Source: an uncultured Fibrobacteraceae bacterium (GTDB lineage Bacteria > Krumholzibacteriota > Krumholzibacteriia > LZORAL124-64-63). From it: a stretch of DNA of 64,000 bases. How positions within the stretch are numbered: position 1 is the stretch's first letter; each line of letters begins with the position of its first letter. Below the pieces are notes generated by a model. It was not told where the DNA came from. It ran no database searches and saw only the letters and a program-made list of their open reading frames with translations. Of this stretch, positions 6,919 to 17,200 are shown one piece after another. The stretch spans positions 37,426 to 101,425 of the forward strand of contig CAZWYF010000005.1 of NCBI GenBank assembly GCA_964637835.1, in the 5' to 3' direction. The translations under genes and the position numbers were made by a program.

Positions 6919-9003
6919 ATGCGCGCCCTGCTCGCCCTGATCCTCTCCCTGGTCATGATCGCCCTGCTCGCGGGGCTCAGCGTCAGCCACGCCCAGACCC
7001 CGCGCCAGACTCCCGACCTGCTCTGGCAGTACCCGGCCATCGAGGACGTGCTGGCCTTCGGCTCGCTGCCCGACCTCGATGGCGATGGGGTCGCGGAGGT
7101 GGTGCTGGAGGCCTACGATGCCGGCGCGGATGGTGACCACCTGGTGGTCCTCTCCGGCGGCATGCCGGGCACGCCGGACGTGCTCTGGTCCGCCCGGCCG
7201 AGCAGCGGCGCGAGCGACGGCGGCGGCTACGGCCCGGAATGCCTCTGGGTGACCGGCGACCTCGGCGGTGACGGCTTCCCCGACGTCCTGATCGGCACCG
7301 CCTGGGGCAACCGCTCCGTCCACGCCCTGGACGGCCAGACCGGCGACCTGCTCTGGACCTTCGACAGCTACGACGAGCCCGCCTCCGGCTGGGTCTACGC
7401 CGTGCGCAGCCTGCCCGACCGCACCGGCGACGGCCGGCCCGAGGTGGTCTTCGGCACCGGCAGCAACGGCAACCGCGGCTACCTGCTCGACGGCAGCGAC
7501 GGCTCCATCCTCTGGCGCTTCATCGGCGCCGGCGACGCCATCGGCCACACCGTCGCGTTGCCCGACATGAACGGCGATGGCACCGCCGACGTGCTCTTCT
7601 GCGGCTGGGACGACGAACACCGCGTGTTCTGCGTCTCGGGCGCCGGCGACGTGGCCGGCCAGCAGCTCTGGGCCCGCGACACCGGCGCCAGCAACCACAC
7701 CGCCACGGTGATCGACGACGTCACCGGCGACGGCCGGGCCGAGATCGTGGTGGGCACCTGGCAGGCCAGCGAGCAGGTGGTCTGCCTCGACGGCAGCGAC
7801 GGCTCCACGGTCTGGACCTTTCACAACGGCGCCTACAACTACATCATGCGCCTGGTCACCATCGGCGACGTGGACGGCGATGGCGTGCGCGACGTGGCGG
7901 TGGGCTCCTGGAACCGCGCCCTGCCCGTGGTCAGCGGCCGGACCGGCGAGGCGGTCTGGACCTCGTGGGCGGGTTCGCTCAATGGCGGCGACTTCTGGGC
8001 CGTGGCCGGCACCGACGACATCGACGGCGATGGCCTCGACGAGGTGGTCGGCGGGTCGTTCGACACCCAGGTCTACCTCTTCAGCGGCGCCGACGGCGAC
8101 ACCATCTGGACCTTTCCCACCGGCAACCGCGTCTTCGCCGTGGCTGGCGCGCCCGACCTGGCCGGCACCGGCACGCCGGACGTCCTGGCCGGAACCCAGT
8201 ATCTGAGCGGCGGCGGCAACGCGTACGCCCTCGCCGGTGGCGATCAGGTCACGCCGGTCTTCGACGTGCCGCAGGCCGCCGGCCGGGCCGTCCGCCGGCC
8301 GGACCGTGTGGCGCTGACCTGGGAGCTGTCGTCCCCGTTGCCGTGCGTGGTCGATCGCCTGGTGGCCGGCGGCGCGGCGAAGATCGCAGCCGGCGCGGCG
8401 GATGCAGCCGGCGCGGGTCCGGCGCGCCGTGCCCTCGCCGAGCGCTTCGCCCGCGGTGAGCTGGACACCCGCGCGGTGCTGGCGGCGATCCGCGCGAGCA
8501 AGGTGGCCGGCAGCGGCGCCGAGCGCCTGACCGCTGTGCCCGTCGTGCCGGAAGCGCCGGCCGCGGACGGGGCATGGCCCTACACCCTGGACGACCTCTG
8601 CGGCCCGGCGCCGGGCGCCGAGGTCCGCTACCGGATCTCCGTGATCCTGCCCGACGGCCGCGAGGCTCCCGTGCTGGAGCTCGCGCCCGACACCACCGAC
8701 GGCCGGGCGGATGCCGCCCCCGGACCGTTGCTGCAGCAGGCCCGGGTGGCGCCCAACCCGTTCAACCCCCGTACCGCGGTGCACCTGGTGCTCGACCGCG
8801 CGGCCACCGTGACCGTGGACGTCCACGATGCGCGCGGCCGCCGCGTCGGCCGGCTGGGGCCGCAGGCCTGCGGGTCGGGGGCCGCGGTGCTGCGCTGGGA
8901 CGGGACGGGTCTCGACGGCCGGGCGCTGCCGGCCGGCCAGTACCTGCTGCGAGTCCGGGCCGGTGGCGAGGCCTGGACGCTGAAGGCGGCGCTGGTGCGT
9001 TGA
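6919..9003 (+). CDS. secreted FG-GAP repeat (integrin-alpha-like beta-propeller) protein with type-A T9SS-like C-terminal sorting domain
   Basis: Signal peptide MRALLALILSLVMIALLAGLSVSHA. At least 8 FG-GAP motifs (DxDGDGxxDxxxG). The C-terminus PNPFNPRTAVHLVLDRAATVTVDVHDARGRRV...AGQYLLRVRAGGEAW matches the Por/T9SS CTD or FlgD-Ig fold. Confidence 0.8.
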   Translation: MRALLALILSLVMIALLAGLSVSHAQTPRQTPDLLWQYPAIEDVLAFGSLPDLDGDGVAEVVLEAYDAGADGDHLVVLSGGMPGTPDVLWSARPSSGASDGGGYGPECLWVTGDLGGDGFPDVLIGTAWGNRSVHALDGQTGDLLWTFDSYDEPASGWVYAVRSLPDRTGDGRPEVVFGTGSNGNRGYLLDGSDGSILWRFIGAGDAIGHTVALPDMNGDGTADVLFCGWDDEHRVFCVSGAGDVAGQQLWARDTGASNHTATVIDDVTGDGRAEIVVGTWQASEQVVCLDGSDGSTVWTFHNGAYNYIMRLVTIGDVDGDGVRDVAVGSWNRALPVVSGRTGEAVWTSWAGSLNGGDFWAVAGTDDIDGDGLDEVVGGSFDTQVYLFSGADGDTIWTFPTGNRVFAVAGAPDLAGTGTPDVLAGTQYLSGGGNAYALAGGDQVTPVFDVPQAAGRAVRRPDRVALTWELSSPLPCVVDRLVAGGAAKIAAGAADAAGAGPARRALAERFARGELDTRAVLAAIRASKVAGSGAERLTAVPVVPEAPAADGAWPYTLDDLCGPAPGAEVRYRISVILPDGREAPVLELAPDTTDGRADAAPGPLLQQARVAPNPFNPRTAVHLVLDRAATVTVDVHDARGRRVGRLGPQACGSGAAVLRWDGTGLDGRALPAGQYLLRVRAGGEAWTLKAALVR

Positions 9004-9018
9004 TCGCGGGAGGCGGCG

Positions 9019-12000
9019 CTAGCGCCAGTCTCCCACGGCCACGAATCCCGCCCAGTGCAGAGGGTGCGGACTCCGCCCGCCCTCGCGGCGTGCGGACAGC
9101 ACGCGGCGGCTGGCGTCCCGGACGGCCTCGGCCACCGGCTGCCCCGCGCCGAAGCGCGCGGCGTACAGCTCGCGCATCCAGGTCTCGGACGCGCGGTCGT
9201 CCACCGGCCACAGGCTCATCACCACCGTCGCGGCCCCGGCGGCCTGCAGGGCACGCCTCAGACCGAGCACGCCCTCCGACCGGGAAACCTCGCCGATGCC
9301 CGTGTCGCAGGCCGATAGCACGACCCATCTCGCCGACCGCAGATCGAGCGAGGCGACCTCCTCGGCGGTGAGCAAGCCGTCGTTCATGGCCAGGCCAGAC
9401 AGCAGCAGGGGGCTGACTCCCGCACCGGCGCAATCGTCGCCGAGGAAGAAGCCGTGCGTCGCCAGGTGGACGGCCGTCGCTCCGGGGACCGCCCGCGCCA
9501 GGGCCGCCGCGGTGGCGGACGGACCGAGGAGCGTGTCCACGGCGGCCCCGGAGCCGCTACCACGCCACCAGAGATCACGAACCATGGCCGCCTCGTACCG
9601 GGTACGAGGCAGGGGGGCGAAGGCGAGCTCGGCGACCTCGGCGCAGGGCAGGTGGGCCAGGCTGCGGGTCGCGACCGCACCGCCTTGCGGAGAGGTCGCG
9701 CCGAAGGTGCGCCCGAAGCTCGCGCCCGCGAGGATCACGAGGCGTTCGGCGGGCGGTGCGAGCCGTCCAGGAAACAGGTCCCGCTCGGCGGCGAGCAGGT
9801 GGAGCGTCCGGTCGTCTTCCACGAGATACCGTCCGGGGGCGACCGGCAGGGCGCCGAAGTTGACGAGGTGCAGGTCGCCGTCGGGTACCAGCAGGACCTG
9901 GTGCGCCCCGTCCAGGGCCGGGAGCAATGGGTCCCAGATCAGCGCCCGGAGCTCGGCGCCGCGGGCGTCGACGGTGGCCAGGGCGCGGCGGGAGAGCGGG
10001 CCGTCCGGGACGCTGCCACCGCGGATGGCATCCCGCCAGCTGCGCACCGCCCGCTCGATGGCGGCGGCCGGCGCCAGCGGCACCAGGACGGGCTCTGCTC
10101 CCGCGCGGGAGACGAACGCCGTGTACGCCTCGCCGGCCGATCCCCGGGGGTCATCGTGGCGAACGAAGGACACGAGCGCCTGTTGCGGGTCCAGCGCCGC
10201 CATGACGTCGGGCAGGCCGCCCGCCGGCGCGAGGGTCTCGCTCCGCGACCGCCGCTCGCGGGCGAGCTCGCGCTCGAGCCGGTCGCGTTCCTCGCGCACC
10301 AGCCGGACGAGGTCGCGGTATGCGCCGAGGTCGCGATCGCCCGGTCCGGCGAGGGTCAGGGTCGCCAGTTGCTCGCGCGTGCGGGCCAGCTCCTGCGCGA
10401 GGTCGGCGAGGGCCGGTTCGGCAGGCGCGGCCCGCTGGAGCCGGCACATCTCGTCGAGGACCACGGCGCGAGAGCGGATGACGGCATCGAGGACCGCGCG
10501 GACGGCCGCCGGGCCGGCGAAGACGTGATGATCGCGCCGGGCGCCCACGTCGTCGTCCTCGCCTGCGTGCCGGGAGGCGTCCGTTCCGGTCAGCAAGCCC
10601 AGGGCCAGGTCCAGTCCGCGCGGCCGGCTGGCGGCATAGATCAGCGCGCGGTGCTGGTGCAGCCCGCGTGCCACCAGCCGCAGGTGGTCACGGGCGATCT
10701 GTTCGGCCTCCAGGGCGTCCGCCAGGGCGGCCTCGCGCTGGCCCTGCGCGGCACGCCAGCGACCGCGGTGGACGAGTGCGAGAGCCACCAGCGGATGGTC
10801 CCGGCCGAGCTGCTCGGTGGCGATGGCGGTCGCGGAGTCGGCGAGTGCGGCGGCGCGGGTGAGATCCCCACGACGCGCGGCGACATCGCCGCGGATGATC
10901 AGGACGCTGGCCACGTCCGCGTGACGGGGGCCCAGAGCCGTGGTCCGGATTGCCAGCGCGCGGCGGAGACTGGCCTCGGCCGCGGCCAGATCTCCGCGGT
11001 CGCGTGCGACCTGGCCGCCGATCACCGCGGCGGTGGCGACCTGGGGATGATCGGCAGGCAGGCTGACGGCATAGATCCGGAGGGCCTCGTTGCAGGCGGC
11101 GGCCGCGGCCGCGAGGTCGCCACGCTCCCTGGCGGCCTGAGCCAGCGCCACGAGAGTCTGCCCGATCTGCGGGTGCTCGGGCGGGAGCGTGCTCCGGCGC
11201 AGGGCCAGGGACTCGCGCAGGAGGGTCTCGGCCTGGTCTTGGTCACCGGCCTCGCCGGCCACGCCGGCCAGCTTCATGAGCGTCAGCGCCACCTTGGGAT
11301 GGTCCGGACCACCCACCTCGCGGTGGATGGCCAGCGCGGTCTCGAAGTGTGCCTGCGCGGTGGCCCAGTCACCCCGTGTCTGGGCGAGATCGCCCAGGTT
11401 GTTGTGCAGGGAGGCCACGTACCGGTGGGTGGGCGGCAGGCTCTCGCGGCAGATGGCGAGCGCGCGGTCGAAGCTCGCGGCAGCGGCCTGCAGCGTTCCC
11501 AGACGCTCCTGCGCCAGGCCCAGGTTGATGAGCGAGCCGGCCACCTGCGGGTGGTCGCCGCGCAGGACCGCCCGCTTCTGGCGGACGGCGAGATCGAAGT
11601 GCCGCTCGGCCTGATGGTACTGGCCGGCGCTCTGCAGCGCGAGGCCGAGGTTGTTGTGGGCATTGCCCCGGAGCAGGTGCTCGGGAGGGAGCACGGCCGC
11701 GAGCTCGGCAAGAGCGATCCGGAGCTCCGCCACGGCCGCCTCGTAGCGTCCACCGCTGCGCAGCGCGGCGCCGCGATTCATGCGGGCGGTGGCCGCCTGG
11801 CGGCGCGCGCTCTCGCCGGAGTGCGCGGCCAGCAGGTTCATCTGGTGGCGGAAATGGTCGGCTGCCGCGCGATACCGTCCGCGGCGGTAGCTCACCTTGC
11901 CCAGGCCGCCGATCGCCCGCGCCTGCTCGGCCGACGTGGTGTCGCCGGTGGCCGCGCCGATGGCGAGCACCCGCGCGAACGCCTGCTCGGCGCCGGCCAG

Positions 12001-12456
12001 GTCTCCCGCGACGCGGAGCAGGTAGCCCTGTTCCAGGAGCGAGGGGATGAGTTCGGGGTGTGCGGGGCCGAGGAGATCGGCCTTGATGGTCACTGCCCGT
12101 CCGGCGAGCGCGCGGGTCTGCGGGTCCCCTGTCTTGCCACCACCGGCGAGTGCGGAGACCAGCCGTTCCAGGACCGCGGCGGCCGGTAGCGAGGCCGGCC
12201 CGTGCCAGGCCTCGGCGGCGCCCAGCAGGTCGCGGGCGGAGTCCTCGGCGGTCGCGAAATCGCTGACGGCCAGGAGCGAGTCGATCCGGGCGAGCGCCGT
12301 GGTCAGGGTGTCGGGCGACGCGGTCCGGTCCGGTGCGGCGGGCCGCGGTGCGGTGACGGCCGCGGCCGTCGCTGGAGTGCCCGGCACCGTGAGGATCCCT
12401 TCGGTGAGCCCCGTGGCGCCGACGATGGCGAGCATGATGGCGGGCAGATGGGACAT
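9019..12456 (-). CDS. periplasmic TPR-repeat protein with C-terminal CHAT (caspase-like) protease domain
   Basis: ATG at 12454-12456 has a GAGGTG SD (the track ORF begins at GTG 12462). An N-terminal signal peptide is followed by more than 10 TPRs. The CHAT hallmarks HLATHG, LSACDTG and HPLHWAGFVAVGD are present. Confidence 0.8.
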   Translation of the reverse strand: MSHLPAIMLAIVGATGLTEGILTVPGTPATAAAVTAPRPAAPDRTASPDTLTTALARIDSLLAVSDFATAEDSARDLLGAAEAWHGPASLPAAAVLERLVSALAGGGKTGDPQTRALAGRAVTIKADLLGPAHPELIPSLLEQGYLLRVAGDLAGAEQAFARVLAIGAATGDTTSAEQARAIGGLGKVSYRRGRYRAAADHFRHQMNLLAAHSGESARRQAATARMNRGAALRSGGRYEAAVAELRIALAELAAVLPPEHLLRGNAHNNLGLALQSAGQYHQAERHFDLAVRQKRAVLRGDHPQVAGSLINLGLAQERLGTLQAAAASFDRALAICRESLPPTHRYVASLHNNLGDLAQTRGDWATAQAHFETALAIHREVGGPDHPKVALTLMKLAGVAGEAGDQDQAETLLRESLALRRSTLPPEHPQIGQTLVALAQAARERGDLAAAAAACNEALRIYAVSLPADHPQVATAAVIGGQVARDRGDLAAAEASLRRALAIRTTALGPRHADVASVLIIRGDVAARRGDLTRAAALADSATAIATEQLGRDHPLVALALVHRGRWRAAQGQREAALADALEAEQIARDHLRLVARGLHQHRALIYAASRPRGLDLALGLLTGTDASRHAGEDDDVGARRDHHVFAGPAAVRAVLDAVIRSRAVVLDEMCRLQRAAPAEPALADLAQELARTREQLATLTLAGPGDRDLGAYRDLVRLVREERDRLERELARERRSRSETLAPAGGLPDVMAALDPQQALVSFVRHDDPRGSAGEAYTAFVSRAGAEPVLVPLAPAAAIERAVRSWRDAIRGGSVPDGPLSRRALATVDARGAELRALIWDPLLPALDGAHQVLLVPDGDLHLVNFGALPVAPGRYLVEDDRTLHLLAAERDLFPGRLAPPAERLVILAGASFGRTFGATSPQGGAVATRSLAHLPCAEVAELAFAPLPRTRYEAAMVRDLWWRGSGSGAAVDTLLGPSATAAALARAVPGATAVHLATHGFFLGDDCAGAGVSPLLLSGLAMNDGLLTAEEVASLDLRSARWVVLSACDTGIGEVSRSEGVLGLRRALQAAGAATVVMSLWPVDDRASETWMRELYAARFGAGQPVAEAVRDASRRVLSARREGGRSPHPLHWAGFVAVGDWR

Positions 12457-12502
12457 GATCACCTCGCGGGCTGAGGCCAGGTCCCATCAGGATACCAGGA
12501 TA

Positions 12503-13405
12503 TCAACGCGATGGCTCGCGATGGGTGATCCGGAACGTGGAGACCTCCGTCAGGGGGTCCGCACCGGCCGCCGGGTCCTGCGTCAAGGTCACCACGTAGG
12601 TGCCGGCCGTCAGCGGCTCGGAGACCGCCAGGAGCACCACCAGCGTTCCGGACGCCAGATCCGACGGCCGCACCGTGGCCTCGAGCCGGACGGCACCCCC
12701 CGGGCCGGTCACCGTCACGGCGGCCGGCCGCTGCACGTCGAGCTCGCCAGGGACGCCGACCAGCAACGACACGGCACGGGCGCCGGCTGGCAGGGCCACG
12801 CGCGCCGGATCCCCGCGAAACTGGCCCGGGGCCACCCAGGGCACCACCCCGGAGGCGCGGTGGTGATCTTCCGGCAGACCGCCCAGGTGCCCGCCGAGGT
12901 CCCAGGGCCCGAGCAGTGCGAACACGAGCACCGCCGCCAGGGCCAGCCCGCCGGCTACCCCCGGCAAGGACCAGCGGACGGACCGGTCGCCGGCGGCCCG
13001 ATGGCGCGCCGGCCGGTCGGCTGGCCCGCCGGAGGACGCGCCCGGGGCCCCGGGCGCCGCCCAGATTGCGGAGTCCACGAGGTCCGACACGGGATGGGCA
13101 TGCCCGACCACAAGGAGTTCGTCCCGGCAGGCCGCGCAGCGTTCGAGATGCTGCCGCACCAGCTCGCGCTCGACACCGCGCAGATGTGCTCGCGCGCGGT
13201 CCCAGCGCGCGATCATGGCCGCGGGCAGGTGCCGCTCGTCTGCGCCCTCGGCCTCGCGTCCGGCCAGCGAGTTGGTCCAGCGCTCGGTGCATCCAGCGCA
13301 GGCCTGGAGGTGCCCGCGCGCGTCGACCCGCGCGTCATCGGGGAGCAGGCCGGCCGCCAGGGCCGCGAGCGTGGCCTCGCAGAGGTGTGGTGACGGCTGG
13401 TTCAT
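12503..13405 (-). CDS. anti-sigma factor, zf-HC2 (CxxC...HxxxCxxC) N-terminal domain, one TM segment, periplasmic C-terminal domain
   Basis: HLQACAGCTERW and HLERCAACRDEL motifs are present. A TM helix LALAAVLVFALLGPW follows. The start ATGA overlaps the sigma gene stop. Confidence 0.7.
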   Translation of the reverse strand: MNQPSPHLCEATLAALAAGLLPDDARVDARGHLQACAGCTERWTNSLAGREAEGADERHLPAAMIARWDRARAHLRGVERELVRQHLERCAACRDELLVVGHAHPVSDLVDSAIWAAPGAPGASSGGPADRPARHRAAGDRSVRWSLPGVAGGLALAAVLVFALLGPWDLGGHLGGLPEDHHRASGVVPWVAPGQFRGDPARVALPAGARAVSLLVGVPGELDVQRPAAVTVTGPGGAVRLEATVRPSDLASGTLVVLLAVSEPLTAGTYVVTLTQDPAAGADPLTEVSTFRITHREPSR

Positions 13406-13986
13406 GGCGCATCCGATCGTCGTGGGAAGAGATCGGCATACTGCGGGTCGCGCCGCAGCACGTCGCGGACCAGGGTCAGGCAGCGCGACCAGCGCTTGCG
13501 GACCGTGGCGTGGCCGACGCCCAGATCGTCGGCCACCTGGCGCCAGTCGCGCTCGGCGAAGAACGCGCGCGCAAGGCCCGCACAGGCCTCCGCGCCGGCG
13601 TCCAGGAATGCCTCCTGGACCACGAGCTCCAGGCGGTCGAGGAGGTGGCCGAGGTCGGGGTCATTCTCGGCTTCGCGCGCGACGCCAGCGGAGCCAGGAT
13701 CGGCCATGCTCCCGGGCATCGCGGCGGGCGAGCCGAACCGGTCCCTGGTCCGGCGCCACCGCCGTACGTGGTCCACCCAGGTGCGGTGCGCCAGCGAGGC
13801 CATCAGCCCATTCAGATCGCGGGGCGCCTCCCGTCGCACCGCACGCAGCAGGCGCACACACGCCTCCTGGGCGAGGTCCTCGAGGTGGTCGGGATCCCGG
13901 CCGGCCGCATGACGCTGCAGATGCTGCAGCAACGTGCGGCGAGCCTCCTCCCAGGACATCGGTAGCGGAACGTGCGGACGGGACAT
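13402..13986 (-). CDS. ECF (sigma-70 family, group IV) RNA polymerase sigma factor
   Basis: Region 2 LEDLAQEACVRLLRA and region 4 HTH DWRQVADDLGVGHATVRKRWSRCL are recognisable. The ATG start is uncertain; 13957 is an alternative. Confidence 0.7.
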   Translation of the reverse strand: MSRPHVPLPMSWEEARRTLLQHLQRHAAGRDPDHLEDLAQEACVRLLRAVRREAPRDLNGLMASLAHRTWVDHVRRWRRTRDRFGSPAAMPGSMADPGSAGVAREAENDPDLGHLLDRLELVVQEAFLDAGAEACAGLARAFFAERDWRQVADDLGVGHATVRKRWSRCLTLVRDVLRRDPQYADLFPRRSDAP

Positions 13987-14262
13987 GGAGCAGGGCCTCG
14001 GCTGGTGGCGCCAGCTTGCAGGATGTCCAGCGACGAGAACGATGGCCCTCAAGATCGTCACACCTCCGGGATCTCGGCAACCCTCGTCCGTTCTCGTCGT
14101 TCGCAAGGCGCGCATGTGACCACCGTGCCCGGGCGGACCTGCCGGCCGGTGAAAAGAGGATGAAAATGGTCACACTAGCCCGGGCCCGGCGACGACCTCC
14201 CCGACCGGACCACCGGCACCCGCCCCCGGTGCCGCTCCCTGCATCATCTGGAGGTCGCAGCC

Positions 14263-17200
14263 ATGACCGCGCCATCTCGCCTGCTGGTGACCGTGATCCT
14301 GGGCGCCGCCCTCGCCCTCGGCGCCCAGGCCCAGCCCACGCTCGAGATCGATCCCACCCGCTTCGAGCCCGGCGATCTGATCCTGATGACCATCAGCGGC
14401 TTCTGGCCCGGCGGCTACGACGGCACCATCAACATCGACGGCGAGCCCGCCGGCGAGGTCTTCATCCCCGCCGGCGGGGCGCTGACCTTCTTCTGGCCGA
14501 CGCCCGCGGACCTGGAATTCGGCGGTCATGACATCGACATCTGCGCGGCCTGTGACCAGGGCGATCTCGAGGAGCGCACGAACACGGTGCGCGTGATCGT
14601 CGAGTCGGGTGAGCTGACCGGCAGCGAATTCAATCTCCAGCCCTGGGGCGTCGAGGTCACCCAGGGGGTGCGGGGCGTCTTCGCCCGACGCCTGCCGCCG
14701 GACGCTGACCTCGTGCTACCGCCCGAGGACATCGTCCATGTGGCCAACCGCCGCACCATCGTGCGCGTCTATCCCTGGGTCGAGGGAGGTCCGGATTTCG
14801 AGCGGGTCCTCGACGTCCGGGCCGAACTCTACGTCGACTCCGGCGGCGACCTCTTCGGCCCGATCGCGCCGCTGAACCCGGCCGTCAGGCAGGTGCGCGC
14901 CGACGCGACCCTGGAGGAATTGCGGGCCGACCTGCGCCGCACCTGGAACTTCGTCCTGCCGCCCGAGGCCATCGATCTGGGCATCTCCGAGACCAGCGGG
15001 TCGTTCAGTCTCGTGGTCTCGCTCAACCCCGATGGCGTCCAGGTTCCCGAATGCGCCGACTGCTTCGAGGACAACACCGCCTACCTCTACGGCAACGAGT
15101 TCCGCCACGTGGGGCGAACCAACGGCTTCGCGATGAGGTTCCGACCGCACCTGGTGGAGGCCGAGGTGGAGCAGGAGGACGGCTCGGTGGAGCTGGTCCA
15201 GCGGCCCACGCTCCTGCAACTGCAGAACTCCTTCCGCTCGCTCTACGACCTGTTGCCCATCGCCGATGGCGTGCGCGGCATCCGCCTGTTCCCCTGGACG
15301 AACGTGGACTGGAGCGGGACGGCCGAGGGCTGGAACGACGAGCAGGACGCCTTCCTGATCGAGAACTTCCTGCCCGGCGGAGAGCTGCGGGCCGCGCCGC
15401 CCAACGACTACTACGCCTTCCTGTACTGGGGCGGGGGCCCGGGGTGTTCCGGCCATGCGCACCTCTTCTCGCCGTTCCTGCGCTCCTCGGCCTGTCCGGC
15501 TCCCCCCTATGTCCTGGCCCACGAGCTGAACCACGCCATCGGGGCCGCCCACGCGGGCAACGGGCACGGCGAGGCCGGCGGAGGCGGCTACGACGCCAGC
15601 TATCCCGACGGCCATGGCCAGGTGGAGCCCGACAGCTGGGGCATCGATGTCTACGACCTGCGGGTCTACCCCCCGTATGCGTCCAACGTGGAGGGCGCAC
15701 GCCACGACTACATGTCCTACGGACCCGACCAGTGGGTCTCGCGCTACTCCTGGGACCTCACCGCCGAGAACCTCGGCAGCCCCCAGATCGACCCTGGCAA
15801 GCGTCGGATCCCCTTCCCGCTCGCCGCCAGCCCTGCCGCAGAGACCCTGGCCTTCGTCTCCTTCCGTGGCCTGCTGGACGCGGAAGGCCAGGTCGCCCTG
15901 GAGCCGTTCTTCGCCAGCTGGCAGCCCACTGGCTACCAGGGCGACGGCACCTACGCGCTCGAGTTCCTCGACGCCGACGGCCAGTTCCTGGCCACGGTCC
16001 TGCCGCAGCCCGCGCGCATGCAGGATCTCGAGGTACCGGCCTACCTCTTCGCCGAGGCCATCGCCGTGCCCGTCGGCTGGGCGAGCATGCACCTGCGCGA
16101 GGGCAACGGCGTGATCCAGAGCTGGCAGCGCAGCGCGCACGAGCCGGCCGTCCAGATCACCTCGCCGCAGTCGGGGTTCCAGTGGCCGAGCACCGGCGAG
16201 ACGACCATCGCCTGGGAAGCGACCGACCAGGACGGCGATCCCCTGACCTACCGGATCCTCGCCATGCACGGCTTCGAGAACGAGCTGTTCGTCCTGGCGT
16301 CGGGCCTGACCGAGGCGTCCTTCACCCTCGATCGCTCCGACCTGCCGGGCGGGGGAGAGTGGACGCTGATCGTCGAGGTCAGTGACGGCTTCGACCGCAG
16401 CTACTCCCAGTTCGTCGGGGGGTTCGTCGATCCCACTGCGCCGCAGGTGCTGATCCTCGAGCCGGCCGACGGCTCGGTGCACGTGACGGGCGACATCCCG
16501 GCCCTCGGCCTGATGGCCGACATCCAGGGCGACGTGCCCGACGACGGGGCGCTCTGGTACCTCGATGGGGGCTGGGTCGGCAGCGGCTCGTCCCTGGTCC
16601 TGGAGGAGGTCGCGCCCGGATCCCACGAGCTCGAGCTCGTCTTCTACAACACCTACCAGGTGGAAGGCCGCACGAGCGTGCAGTTCGAGGTGGTCGAGGG
16701 ACTGGCCGCGCCGCTGCTGACCGCTCCTGCCGATGGGTCCGTGGGCGTGCCGCGTCCCACCGAGCTGAGCTGGGAGGAGGTCTCCGGCGCCATCAGCTAC
16801 CGCGTGCAGGTGGCCACCGATCCTGGCTTCGACGACGCGCAGATCGTCGCCGAGGCCGGCAACCTGGGCCAGACCATGGTGGACTTCGATCCCGATGCCG
16901 CCGACCAGACGTTCTACTGGCGCGCCATGGCCGAGCACGCCAGCCAGCCCTCGAGCTGGTCGGCCACGTGGTCGTTCACCACCGGCGAGGACGCGACCCC
17001 GGTCCAGGACACGCCCCGCGTGCGGCAGATCGATCTCGAGGTGTTCCCCAATCCCTTCAATCCTGCGACCACGGTGGCCTTCGAGCTGCCGCGTGCGGGC
17101 AGCGTCCAGGTCGCGGTCCATGATCTCGCCGGCCGCCGTGTCCGCACGCTGGTCAGCGGCCATCGTGACGCCGGCCGCCACGAGATCGTCTGGGACGGTC

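Noticed and set aside
4962-7040. 692-aa minus ORF and 617-aa plus alternate-frame ORF (5087..6940) overlapping the alpha/beta hydrolase
   Set aside because: The protein sequences are low-complexity and Arg/Pro/Gly-rich. The hydrolase frame has a signal peptide, a GxSxG motif and an SD.
6679-8826. 715-aa antisense ORF opposite the FG-GAP gene
   Set aside because: No motifs and a GC-artefact composition. The sense frame has clear FG-GAP repeats.
9454-12189. 911-aa plus-strand ORF opposite the TPR-CHAT gene
   Set aside because: It is Gly/Arg/Ala-rich without domains, while the minus frame has TPR and CHAT signatures.
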